A stretch of 64,000 nt of DNA. It comes from Phycisphaerae bacterium (lineage in GTDB: Bacteria; Planctomycetota; Phycisphaerae; UBA1845). Below, in pieces: positions 1 to 8,352 of the stretch. The notes under the pieces are model-generated. The model did not search any database, was not told the DNA's origin, and saw nothing but the letters and a program-made list of their open reading frames with translations. How positions within the stretch are numbered: the stretch's first letter is position 1; each line of letters begins with the position of its first letter. The stretch is from contig DAORAL010000010.1 in NCBI GenBank assembly GCA_035344155.1, positions 24,118 to 88,117 of the forward strand, written 5' to 3'. The translations under genes and the position numbers were made by a program.

Positions 1-362
1 ACGCGATTCCAACCCATGTGCGGAACCGTTTCCGTCACCAGCCGAACCACAGCGCCGGGAATCAAACCCAAACCGTCAACACCCGGCGACTCTTCGCTGG
101 ATTCAAGCAGCAACTGCGCCCCAAGGCAGATACCCAACAGCGGCTTACCCGAATCCGCAAAAGCTGCCAACCGTCGATCCTGCCCGGTCTCAACGAGCGT
201 CTGCATCGCCGATTGAAAATGCCCAACGCCCGGTAGAATCACCCGATCGCATTGGGCAAAGTCCGCGTCCGACTCGGCCAATCGCCAAGCCATACCAAGG
301 TGGTCAAGCGCATTGGCGAGGCTCTGCATGTTCCCCGCACCATAGTCCACGACGCCGATCAT
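1..362 (-). CDS. hisH: Imidazole glycerol phosphate synthase, glutamine amidotransferase subunit HisH (5' part; runs off the window)
   Basis: Own translation of the minus strand from ATG at 362: MIGVVDYGAGNMQSLANAL...GKPLLGICLGAQLLL...VPHMGWN. These are the classic HisH motifs (DYGxGN, GICLGxQ, PHMGWN). The ATG overlaps the TGA of the upstream HAD gene (ATGA). Confidence 0.85.
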   Translation of the reverse strand, partial: MIGVVDYGAGNMQSLANALDHLGMAWRLAESDADFAQCDRVILPGVGHFQSAMQTLVETGQDRRLAAFADSGKPLLGICLGAQLLLESSEESPGVDGLGLIPGAVVRLVTETVPHMGWNR

Positions 363-1396
363 GCCCGACTTTCCACGCAACCGGCGCAACCCGAAAGCCA
401 CATTTCGCAGTCAGCCAGTCGCGGCGCCACCAGACCCGTCAACGCACTGCCCGCGATCGCTTCCCGCACGTCCTCCGGCGACAAACCCGAATCGATATGC
501 ACATAGGTCACCGCCAATCCCAACGCCCGCGCCCGCTGAGCGGCTTCAAAGTCTGCCGGCGCATCGCCAACGTAAACAACGTCCCGTACCGCTGCCGTCG
601 AATCAACGGCGCCACTTCGACACGCCTTGATCGCCGTCTCAAAACCCAGCGCCGCACAAAGCAGCGGAAACGGGTGCGGCTTGGCCAGGTGTGACAGACT
701 CAAACGCGCCTCTGCCGCGACGGCTTGGTCGTTGGTCACGATGCGGTCCCGATCGAAACAATCAAGAATGCCAAGATGTGACATCGGCTCAACCGTTTCC
801 GACTCCGCCCGCGACGTACAAACGCCCAGCGTGTATCCGGCTCCCTTCAATCGCTCAAACAACGCGCGCAAATCATTGGCGGGAAGGACCGGTACCTGTC
901 GTTCAAACGACCAGCCAATCCGCGCCCAATCAACCTCGTCCGATTCTTCAAAGATAAGTTGAAATTCAGCGACGACTTCCTGAAAGAACGCACCGCTGCG
1001 CTCGATACCGAATCGATTCAACGGGTCCGAAACTTCGCCCTCGCGCCAAAGTGCTTCCATCCCGCGCTTGAGACGCGTCGCAAAGCCCGCATAGCGCCTG
1101 GAATTCAGTTCGCCCAGGAGCGCGGCTCGGCGGGAATCGTCTTCCACCGCCCGAATCATCACAGCCGCAAGATCCCAGTTCGAATTGCAGCCGCGTCCCT
1201 TCGTCACGCCCTGCACGCAATCGTCCACAAAGCAAGCCGAACTCAACGACTCCCATCGGGCAGGCGCACCGCACGACATGCCAAAACGGTGCATCATGGT
1301 CACGAGCGCCGTATTCCAATACGGCATCTCATCCATGAACACGCCGTCGGCATCGAGTATGAGCAAAGGGTTGGGTCGCATGGGCGTTACTCTCAC
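359..1396 (-). CDS. HAD-superfamily hydrolase with a large cap insertion, embedded in the his operon
   Basis: HAD motifs: ILDADGVF (DxDGx), GVCTSR, AKPHP, VYVGDAPADFEAA (GDxxxD). 4-nt overlaps with both neighbours (IGPD-like upstream, hisH downstream). Confidence 0.7.
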   Translation of the reverse strand: MRVTPMRPNPLLILDADGVFMDEMPYWNTALVTMMHRFGMSCGAPARWESLSSACFVDDCVQGVTKGRGCNSNWDLAAVMIRAVEDDSRRAALLGELNSRRYAGFATRLKRGMEALWREGEVSDPLNRFGIERSGAFFQEVVAEFQLIFEESDEVDWARIGWSFERQVPVLPANDLRALFERLKGAGYTLGVCTSRAESETVEPMSHLGILDCFDRDRIVTNDQAVAAEARLSLSHLAKPHPFPLLCAALGFETAIKACRSGAVDSTAAVRDVVYVGDAPADFEAAQRARALGLAVTYVHIDSGLSPEDVREAIAGSALTGLVAPRLADCEMWLSGCAGCVESRA

Positions 1397-2097
1397 TTCT
1401 TCTTAATCACTTTGGTTTCATAGCGCGGCGGACCAGCCAACCCGCTGCCATCACCGGGCAGCCGGACACTCGTCCCCAGCGCCACCCCGACCGCATCCCC
1501 CAGCGCCCGGAAAATCACTTCATACACGTGGTGCAGATTCGTCCCAGCCCGCACCGAAACCATCAACGTCGCCCCACTGCCCAGCGCAAATCCATCCAGG
1601 AATTGTCGCAGATTCGTTCCGAAACACTGACCGGCTTGCGTTCCGTCTGCCGCGTACCACGAATCGACAAACCCATCGATGTCGAGCCCCGGTTCAACGC
1701 ACCACGTGCATCGCGGCCGCGACTCCAATCCGATCTCAACCGATGCCGACGCGTCATCCATCACCCCCGAACACGACGCACGCCCGATGATGCCAACCGC
1801 ATCCGTCCGTTCCCGCGCGATCGCAGCCACCCCGGCACCGAGCAACTGACCCATGTCTTCGCAAAGCACATGATCAAACTGCCACGAACCGGGCCAATCT
1901 GCTTGAGCGGTGGACGCAACGATCCCCGAACCGCGCGAAAAGTGATCGACAAAGTGCGACAACAACCGGTTGGGAATGTCCAGCGAATCAAACGCCCCCG
2001 TACGCGGCGACAGCGTCAGCGAAAACTCCGTCTCTGCCGTCCGGCGCGACACCTGCAAGGGCGAAAATGTTGGCTTGATTTCGTTCTTCATGTTCAT
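1393..2097 (-). CDS. hisB: Imidazoleglycerol-phosphate dehydratase-like protein (divergent HisB/IGPD)
   Basis: RRTAETEFSLTL (cf. RxTKET), FVDHF (FxDHM), FDHVLCEDMGQLLG (DDHHxxEDxGxxLG), VMDDASASVEIGLESRP (PMDEaL...D.SGRP), NLHHVYEVIFRALG (NxHHxxExxFKAxG). Sits in the his operon. Confidence 0.7.
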   Translation of the reverse strand: MNMKNEIKPTFSPLQVSRRTAETEFSLTLSPRTGAFDSLDIPNRLLSHFVDHFSRGSGIVASTAQADWPGSWQFDHVLCEDMGQLLGAGVAAIARERTDAVGIIGRASCSGVMDDASASVEIGLESRPRCTWCVEPGLDIDGFVDSWYAADGTQAGQCFGTNLRQFLDGFALGSGATLMVSVRAGTNLHHVYEVIFRALGDAVGVALGTSVRLPGDGSGLAGPPRYETKVIKKK

Positions 2098-2150
2098 ATC
2101 AATTCAAACAGTTCAACACGTCCGATTATTAGCCGCAAAACGCGCTGCGA

Positions 2151-3443
2151 TCAGGACCAGTTCTCAACGGCGAGATGGTGCGCACTAAAACCTTCGTCGC
2201 GACTCATCACCGAGACGACATCACCGATTGCCCCGAATCCTTCGCGATTAACTTTTCCCACCGACGATCGCTTGAGAAAATCCAGCACCGAAACGCACGA
2301 CCGCGTCATCGCCCGCCCACCGGTCGGCAGAATCGCATTCAACCCCATCGCATAATTACCGAGACTGATGATCGGATAATCGCCAATCAAAATCTCGCCG
2401 GCATTGCGAATCGACTTGACGATTTCGTCGCCGCGATCGGACATGATAGCCAAGTGCTCCGGCGCAAACGCATTCACAAACGCCACCGATTCCTCCAGCG
2501 ATGTCGTCACGACGATTCCGCCGTTCTCTTCGAGCACTTGCGACGCGAATGCCTGCCGCTGCGGACTCATCAACTCGATCTTCTTCGCGACAGCACCTGC
2601 CACCTGCCGAGCCAACACGCCATCGTGCGTCACCATGACCGCGCACGAATTTTCGCCATGCTCGGCTTCGATCAGAAGATTCCATGCCGCGTTATCCGGA
2701 TTGATGCCCGCGTCACACAGCACGATCGATTCACTCGGGCCAGCCGGCGAACCGGGATCAATCCGATCGCTCAGCAATTGACGGGCGGCAGAGACATACA
2801 CGTTGCCCGGTCCAACAATTTTCGTACACGGTTCGATCGTCGCGGTGCCATAAGCCATCGCCGCCACCGCCTGCGCTCCACCGATGCGATATACACAATC
2901 GATGCCAATCAGGTTGGCCGCAACCAGCGTGGCATCGTCGACCCGACCATCGGGTCCGGGCGGCGTGCATACGACGATTCGCTCCACCCCCGCAACGACG
3001 GCTGGCACCCCGAGCATGCACATCACCGACGAAAACGCGCCACGCCCACGCGGTACATACAGACAAACCGAATCGAGCGGCGTCCATCGATCGCCACACC
3101 AGACCCCCGGCTCGACTTCCATCATCGGCTCGTCCGCTGGCATCTGCTGCGTGTGAAACCGATTGATGTTTCGGATCGCGTGGGCCAGCGCCGCACGCAT
3201 GTCGGCATCGAGATTTTCCTCAGCCGCTGCGAACTCATCCTTGCCGACACGCAGCCCGCACGACGTCAGATCAACCTTGTCGAATTGACGCGTGTAATCG
3301 AAAAGGGCTTCGTCACCGCGCGTCCGCACGTTTTCAATCACGTCGCGACAAGTGTCCGCAGCTTCCGTCGCCGACGTATCCACCCGACGAATCGAATCCG
3401 GAATCAAACCATCCTGCGATTGGCTATCTAAAATGCGAACCAT
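2151..3443 (-). CDS. hisD: Histidinol dehydrogenase
   Basis: 430 aa. RIGGAQAVAAMAYGT, KIVGPGNVYVSAAR, GPSESIVLCD, EAEHGENS and FAPEHL motifs are typical of HisD. Confidence 0.95.
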   Translation of the reverse strand: MVRILDSQSQDGLIPDSIRRVDTSATEAADTCRDVIENVRTRGDEALFDYTRQFDKVDLTSCGLRVGKDEFAAAEENLDADMRAALAHAIRNINRFHTQQMPADEPMMEVEPGVWCGDRWTPLDSVCLYVPRGRGAFSSVMCMLGVPAVVAGVERIVVCTPPGPDGRVDDATLVAANLIGIDCVYRIGGAQAVAAMAYGTATIEPCTKIVGPGNVYVSAARQLLSDRIDPGSPAGPSESIVLCDAGINPDNAAWNLLIEAEHGENSCAVMVTHDGVLARQVAGAVAKKIELMSPQRQAFASQVLEENGGIVVTTSLEESVAFVNAFAPEHLAIMSDRGDEIVKSIRNAGEILIGDYPIISLGNYAMGLNAILPTGGRAMTRSCVSVLDFLKRSSVGKVNREGFGAIGDVVSVMSRDEGFSAHHLAVENWS

Positions 3444-3479
3444 AACGAACCGTTTCTTCCCATTCCCAATATCAGCCGA

Positions 3480-4349
3480 CTACGCCACAACTTTCTGCAG
3501 GGCGGTCTGCAGCACGTCCGTCGCACCTGCCCGCAAGACAGCCGGCAGCACCTTGGGCACCTCACTCCGCAAGACAGCCACCCGCACCGCGAACCCACCA
3601 TTGCCCCGAAGCGGCTGAACCGTGGGCGACTTCATCGCCGGCAACAACTCAATCACCCGATCGATCGCGTCGGCACTGACATTCATGTCCAAGAGCACCC
3701 GACGCCGCCCCTCAAGCACGCTCGATACCAGCATGACCACTTCGTCGATCACTTCGCGCCGCGCAGGGTCAGCCACCGTCTCTTTGCAGGCGATGATCCG
3801 CGTACTCGATTGCAAAATCTCATCGACCACCTCCAACCCATTGGATCGCAGCGCCGACCCGGTGGCCGTGTTGTCCACGATCAGGTCGGCATCTTCTGGT
3901 GGAAAAACTTCCGTCGCCCCATACGTTCGCAGGTAGCGATACGCGCACCCTTTGCGCTCCATGTATTTTCGCGTGATGTTTTCGTATTCCGACGCCACGA
4001 TGAGCGACTGGCCATTTTCCGATGCAAACGGATCGCTGCCTTTCGGAGCCGCCGACACCAGTCGCACCGGCAGCAAACCGGTGTCCAAAAGCTCGGCTAC
4101 ATCCGCATCGGTCTCTTCAATCCAATCGAACCCGGTCATGCCCAGATCGTGCGCGCCGTATTCGACGAGCTTGGGAATGTTGGCCGCTTTCAACAGCTTG
4201 ACCTCAAAGCGCTCGTCGCTGCATGCCGGACGATACCCCTTGGCGCTGGCTGATATCGAAAGTCCCGCGTCGGCGAGCAACCCGACGATTTCGTCCTGCT
4301 GACGCCCCTTGGGAACCGCCAACCTGATTTTTTGTGTGATGCGTTTCAT
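3480..4349 (-). CDS. hisG: ATP phosphoribosyltransferase (long form)
   Basis: 289 aa. IRLAVPKGR..., HDLGMTGFDWIEE, DLIVDNTATGSALRSNGL, plus a C-terminal regulatory domain. Directly upstream of hisD. Confidence 0.9.
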   Translation of the reverse strand: MKRITQKIRLAVPKGRQQDEIVGLLADAGLSISASAKGYRPACSDERFEVKLLKAANIPKLVEYGAHDLGMTGFDWIEETDADVAELLDTGLLPVRLVSAAPKGSDPFASENGQSLIVASEYENITRKYMERKGCAYRYLRTYGATEVFPPEDADLIVDNTATGSALRSNGLEVVDEILQSSTRIIACKETVADPARREVIDEVVMLVSSVLEGRRRVLLDMNVSADAIDRVIELLPAMKSPTVQPLRGNGGFAVRVAVLRSEVPKVLPAVLRAGATDVLQTALQKVVA

Positions 4350-4379
4350 ACAAGTTCAAACCTTCGATACCGTTAACCG

Positions 4380-4694
4380 CTACTTGGATCGCTCCAGAAT
4401 GATGCGATACCCGCCCGGACCTTCTTTAAGCCACTTGGCGATCCGCGCCACGGTCCGCGAGCTCATCTGCGTCGCCTCTTCGATCTGGCGATACGAATCA
4501 CCGTTGGCCAACATCGACACCACCTTCCAGCGTCGCCCGAGCATGTCGAACTCGTCGTCGGTGAGCAGATCGCGAAAGAATCGCCGGGCTTCGCCCATGT
4601 GCCGAAGCGAGAGAATCGCCCGCAGCAATGCCTCGGCTTCCGCGTTCACCTCGGCGGGCGGGTCTTTTCTGCTTGTCGTCATTTTCTTCGCCAT
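4380..4694 (-). CDS. YerC/YecD (TrpR-like) family DNA-binding protein
   Basis: 104 aa. ...FFRDLLTDDEFDMLGRRWKVVSMLANGDSYRQIEEATQMSSRTVARIAKWL has the TrpR/YerC fold signature. Only 30 nt upstream of hisG on the same strand. Confidence 0.75.
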   Translation of the reverse strand: MAKKMTTSRKDPPAEVNAEAEALLRAILSLRHMGEARRFFRDLLTDDEFDMLGRRWKVVSMLANGDSYRQIEEATQMSSRTVARIAKWLKEGPGGYRIILERSK

Positions 4695-4761
4695 GCTTTA
4701 CCTTGGAACAGTGTAGACTTTCACATAGTAAAGTCAAGCCCGGCCAGGGCATTCCTGGGAC

Positions 4762-4898
4762 ACCTTGAATCCAACCGTACCGGCGCGCAAGCACCGTCAT
4801 TCCCGCGAAAGCGGGAATCCAGGGGCAAAACGATGTCCATCCAGGTAAGTACCGGCCCCCCTGCTGCGAAGAGTGGCCGAGCAAGTCGCCACGCTTGG
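4762..4898. repeat. REP/MITE-like repeat, copy A (about 137 bp) with central hairpin ATTCCCGC-GAAA-GCGGGAAT (4798-4817)
   Basis: The reverse complement aligns by eye along its length with 8194-8347, e.g. GCCGGTAC..ACCTGGATGGAC.TCGTTT.GCCCCTGGATTCCCGC....GCGGGAATGAC. Lies in the intergenic space downstream of the BlaR1-like gene. Confidence 0.7.
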
Positions 4899-5044
4899 AT
4901 TGATATCGCTATAAGCCGAACAAGAACCGCCGTGCTGCCCCCAGCATGGAGAGCCACCGCAAGGGTGCCGCCGACCTGAAAAACCGGCTTGTGGTCTTGA
5001 AACAGGGGCTAGGGAATTCCCAGGAAAGGAAAGGCCTGACCGGG

Positions 5045-6547
5045 TTAGGGCGTCGGGAGAATGGGCGTATCCGGAGGCGTCGGCTCGCTCAAGCCGCCAA
5101 CGGACCAGGGACGTCCGCCCGAAGACTGCCGCGGCTTCGACGGCGCTTCTTCGGTCTTGTCTTCGATCTCGCGATCGTCGTCGGATGCGTTGGCCAGCAT
5201 CTCGCCATCTTCAGGCATATCACCGCCCAGTGAATCCGCATCGTTCGCAGGGTCTGCGGCAGGAGGCGCATCGGATTCGATGTCACCCATCGCCAGTTCG
5301 TTGGCCGGAATCGCTTGACCGTTGACGCCTTCGTCAGCTTCACCGCCGACTGCGCCCTGAGCGAACTGCGCGTCAGACCCAACCAATCGATGCGTCTGAC
5401 CGGGTTCGACGATCTGGAAAACTCCGGGATTCTGCGACAACTCTTCAATCGTCACGCGCACAATCTGACCGCTCGCATCGAACACTTCAACGGTGGACTG
5501 GGTCGGGGCAATAAGCCGCGGCAGCGTGAACAACATGATCGCCACCATGAAATAGCCCCACTTGGAACGGTCGGCTGCACTCTTTTCCACTTCGTCAGAA
5601 AGCAAGAAGTGCAAGCGCCGCCGCAACACACCGGCTGAGCTCGCGTCTCCCAGAATCCCCATCGAAAAACCTTTGCGGGCAAACTGACCGGACACGACAT
5701 TCATCAGCGTGTTCACATAATCCGAAGGCAACACACCGCTCTCGACCACCTGCATGTCGCAGCAAAGCTCGTTGTTGATTCGAACGCGACTATAGGCCCA
5801 ATGGGCGATCGGATGAAACCAGAAGAACGCCACGGTAATCGCGGCCAACATCGTCGCGAGATCATCGCGCCGCGCAAGGTGCGACAACTCGTGTCGAAGC
5901 ACTTGCAGGAATCGATCACGCTCCAACTGCGTCGGGTCGCGGTGTTCGTTCACCCATGGAAGCAGATTCTCAGGGATCACCACAACCGAGCGCCAAGCGC
6001 CAAGGGTGGCAGGCCCCGATTCATCGGGCGTGATGATGATGCGGGCATTGGGCGAAACATCGAGCGTCGGATCGAGCACCTTCACGCTCGACGGCTTGAG
6101 GATGTAACCACGATCCGCGGCATCTTCGATCATCTGGTTGCTGACAATCGCCCGCCGCCAGAGGATGTACAGCATCACCCCGGTCCCGAAGAGCCAAAGG
6201 TACGCAACAACCTTGAGGAACACGGCTCCGGATCCGCCGTCAGCCAACAGGCTGTCGCCAGCCACATGCGGAGAGAGCAGATCGCCCAGAAAATTGCCGG
6301 CCGTCAAAAAGGATGGGAGATGAATCAGTCCGGGAAAGAATCCCGTCACCACCGTCGCGAACGGTTTGAGCATCGCCAGCAACCAGATCCGACGACGCCA
6401 AAGCGGTGAAGTACCCGGGCGAATCGCCAACAAACAAACCACCAGGAATCCCACCAACAGGAACTCCAGGCTGGCGATCGCCAGGTTGGGAATCAGGTAG
6501 TTGACCAGGGAGTCTTGCACTGTTGGGCATCCTGATAGAGGCCACAC
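5045..6547 (-). CDS. BlaR1/MecR1-family M56 peptidase, membrane signal transducer
   Basis: Multiple TM helices, zinc motif RHELSHLARRDD (HExxH), a WFHP motif, and an acidic low-complexity C-terminus. Downstream of a BlaI-family repressor gene. Confidence 0.8.
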   Translation of the reverse strand: MWPLSGCPTVQDSLVNYLIPNLAIASLEFLLVGFLVVCLLAIRPGTSPLWRRRIWLLAMLKPFATVVTGFFPGLIHLPSFLTAGNFLGDLLSPHVAGDSLLADGGSGAVFLKVVAYLWLFGTGVMLYILWRRAIVSNQMIEDAADRGYILKPSSVKVLDPTLDVSPNARIIITPDESGPATLGAWRSVVVIPENLLPWVNEHRDPTQLERDRFLQVLRHELSHLARRDDLATMLAAITVAFFWFHPIAHWAYSRVRINNELCCDMQVVESGVLPSDYVNTLMNVVSGQFARKGFSMGILGDASSAGVLRRRLHFLLSDEVEKSAADRSKWGYFMVAIMLFTLPRLIAPTQSTVEVFDASGQIVRVTIEELSQNPGVFQIVEPGQTHRLVGSDAQFAQGAVGGEADEGVNGQAIPANELAMGDIESDAPPAADPANDADSLGGDMPEDGEMLANASDDDREIEDKTEEAPSKPRQSSGGRPWSVGGLSEPTPPDTPILPTP

Positions 6548-6713
6548 GCCTGGGGATTTAGAAAATATCCACGCTCAGTTTACTCTCGATCCTGCGCAAG
6601 ATTCCATTCCAACACAGACACAACAAAACACGTTGGCTTACGACAGACGGCGACAACTTCAAATCGACGTTCCCCAAAGGCGATGCACCACACACCAAAC
6701 AGCCCCGAAGGAT

Positions 6714-7115
6714 TTACGCCTGTGCGCCGTCCACCCTCTTGAGTCGGGCTTGCTCGACAATGGATTCCAACTCGCGCAAGTCACGTTCCGACAATCGATC
6801 CGTTTCCGCAAAGTGCGAAAGCATCGCCGGAACCGATCCTGAAAAGAAATCATTGACGATATTGACAGCCCCACGCAAGCCAAATCTCGCACGGCTGACC
6901 GTCGGTTCATAGACATTCGCCCGGCCAACCCGGTGCGAACCCACAAATCCCTTTCTTTCCAAGACCTGCATCATCGTGAGAACCGACGTGTAAGCCAGGT
7001 CCCGCTTGTCCTTCAGTGCATCCTGCACTTTGCGCACGGTGACCTCGCCCTCGTCCCACACCACATCCATTATCAAAGATTCAAGTGGCGTCAGGTTTTT
7101 CGGCATCTTGGCCAT
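6714..7115 (-). CDS. BlaI/MecI/CopY-family transcriptional repressor
   Basis: 133 aa. LTPLESLIMDVVWDEGEVTVRKVQDAL...AYTSVLTMMQVLERKGFV is the winged-helix Penicillinase_R signature. Confidence 0.85.
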   Translation of the reverse strand: MAKMPKNLTPLESLIMDVVWDEGEVTVRKVQDALKDKRDLAYTSVLTMMQVLERKGFVGSHRVGRANVYEPTVSRARFGLRGAVNIVNDFFSGSVPAMLSHFAETDRLSERDLRELESIVEQARLKRVDGAQA

Positions 7116-7144
7116 AATTACGGTCGCTCCAAATCAGTCATGGG

Positions 7145-7178
7145 GGTTACTAACCTTAATAGTATCGGCTAGTTATCG
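7145..7178. promoter_or_regulatory. AT-rich operator-like motif, copy 1 (GGTTACTAACCTTAATAGTAT...)
   Basis: 18 of 21 positions are identical to copy 2 at 7250. About 30 nt upstream of the blaI-like start. AT-rich patch in a GC-rich genome. Confidence 0.4.
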
Positions 7179-7249
7179 CTCAATCAACGAACTTCTCAAA
7201 ACACTTCGCACCATAAAATCTTCACCCAAACCCAAATAATGCTTGATTT

Positions 7250-7283
7250 GGTTACTAAACTATATAGTATGCTTAGTAGCTAG
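7250..7283. promoter_or_regulatory. AT-rich operator-like motif, copy 2 (GGTTACTAAACTATATAGTAT...), containing the perfect palindrome ACTATATAGT
   Basis: Direct repeat of 7145-7178. Inner 10-bp palindrome at 7259-7268, flanked by TACTAA/TTAGTA arms. Confidence 0.4.
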
Positions 7284-7633
7284 ATTGGGCAACGCTTCTT
7301 CCAAGTATGCCCACCCGCCCTTGGGCGGGTTAGAGACGTCACACAGTCAGTTCCTCCTTCTAAGTGATGGCACCACCCATCACGAACCGCGTCTCCCGCC
7401 TAGAGACGCTTGATTGGGGACCCTTCTGCGGCTTGACCACCACACACCCCCCCTGACCCCAGCCGCAGAAGGGGACGTTCCCCCCGCCACGCCCCAAGCC
7501 ATCGCCACCCTCAATTGCCCACCGCGCAATTTCACGAAACACCCCGGAGACGCGACAACACGGTTGCCTGATCGCGCCGTCTCCATAACATCCAGTCACC
7601 AGAACGAATCAAATCTTCAACCAGACGGTGATC

Positions 7634-8176
7634 ATGAGACAAAACGCAGACGTAAAGACGCTCGGACTACTGATCGTTTCGCTCGGAATTCTGGCAGGCG
7701 GATGCCATCGACCCAACGCAGAGGTTCAACAAATGAACGTACCGGGAATCGTCAACTTAAAAAGCGCCGGCGACATTCTGATCTCAGGAGCCGCAGACGA
7801 ACGCGGCATCGAATTCGTCAAATCGGAAGGCGTCACCGATATCATCGATCTGCGACGCAATGAAGAAGTCGATCCCGACTACGTCGCAGCCGTCAAAAGC
7901 GCCGGCATGACGTACCACCACATTCCCATGATGTCGAACGAGATGACCGACGAGCAAGCCGATCAGTTCCTTAAGACCATGAACGAGATCAAAGACACGC
8001 GCGTGCTCCTGCAATGCGCGTCAGCCAACCGCTCGGGCGGAATGTTCGGTCTGTATCTCGGCGCAACAGGAAAGTGCTCGGCGGAAGAGGCGCTCACCCA
8101 GGCGCAGGCAGCCGGCATGCGCCATCCGGGCCTCGCCCATTCGATTCAGGTTTATCTGCAGAAACACGCCAAGTAA
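7634..8176 (+). CDS. Lipoprotein with a DUF442/PTP-like (Cys-x4-Arg) phosphatase-type domain
   Basis: Lipobox LAGGC. VLLQCASANRSG resembles the CxSGxRS loop of DUF442/dual-specificity phosphatase-like proteins. The start could instead be GTG at 7628. Confidence 0.5.
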   Translation: MRQNADVKTLGLLIVSLGILAGGCHRPNAEVQQMNVPGIVNLKSAGDILISGAADERGIEFVKSEGVTDIIDLRRNEEVDPDYVAAVKSAGMTYHHIPMMSNEMTDEQADQFLKTMNEIKDTRVLLQCASANRSGGMFGLYLGATGKCSAEEALTQAQAAGMRHPGLAHSIQVYLQKHAK

Positions 8177-8193
8177 GTTCTCGCGATCTCAAT

Positions 8194-8347
8194 CCAAGCG
8201 CGGCGCTTTGCTCGTCCACCTTTCAGCGCACGGGCGCCGGTACGCACCTGGATGGACTTCGTTTCGCCCCTGGATTCCCGCCTGCGCGGGAATGACGGCC
8301 CCGCACGGAAATGACGACGCTGTCGCTCCGCTACGATTGGATTGGGA
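8194..8347. repeat. REP/MITE-like repeat, copy B (opposite orientation to copy A), hairpin ATTCCCGC-CTGC-GCGGGAAT (8274-8293)
   Basis: Aligns with the reverse complement of 4762-4898. Sits between convergent genes (7634-8176 plus strand, 8353-10332 minus strand). Confidence 0.7.
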
Positions 8348-8352
8348 ATACC

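Noticed and set aside
2175-3431. Long antisense or overlapping ORFs from the six-frame track. Examples: 2175-3431 (+) opposite hisD, 9166-10005 (+), 18744-19976 (-), 41976-43292 (+), 56023-57279 (+), 51707-52354 (+), 31448-32860 (-).
   Set aside because: They lie opposite genes with unmistakable family motifs. Their translations are Arg/Pro/His-rich with no recognisable domains. This is the typical shadow-ORF pattern of GC-rich DNA.
5012-5021. Perfect palindrome GGGAATTCCC just downstream of the BlaR1-like stop.
   Set aside because: It is short, has no flanking T-run, occurs once only, and could arise by chance. It is not part of the REP family.
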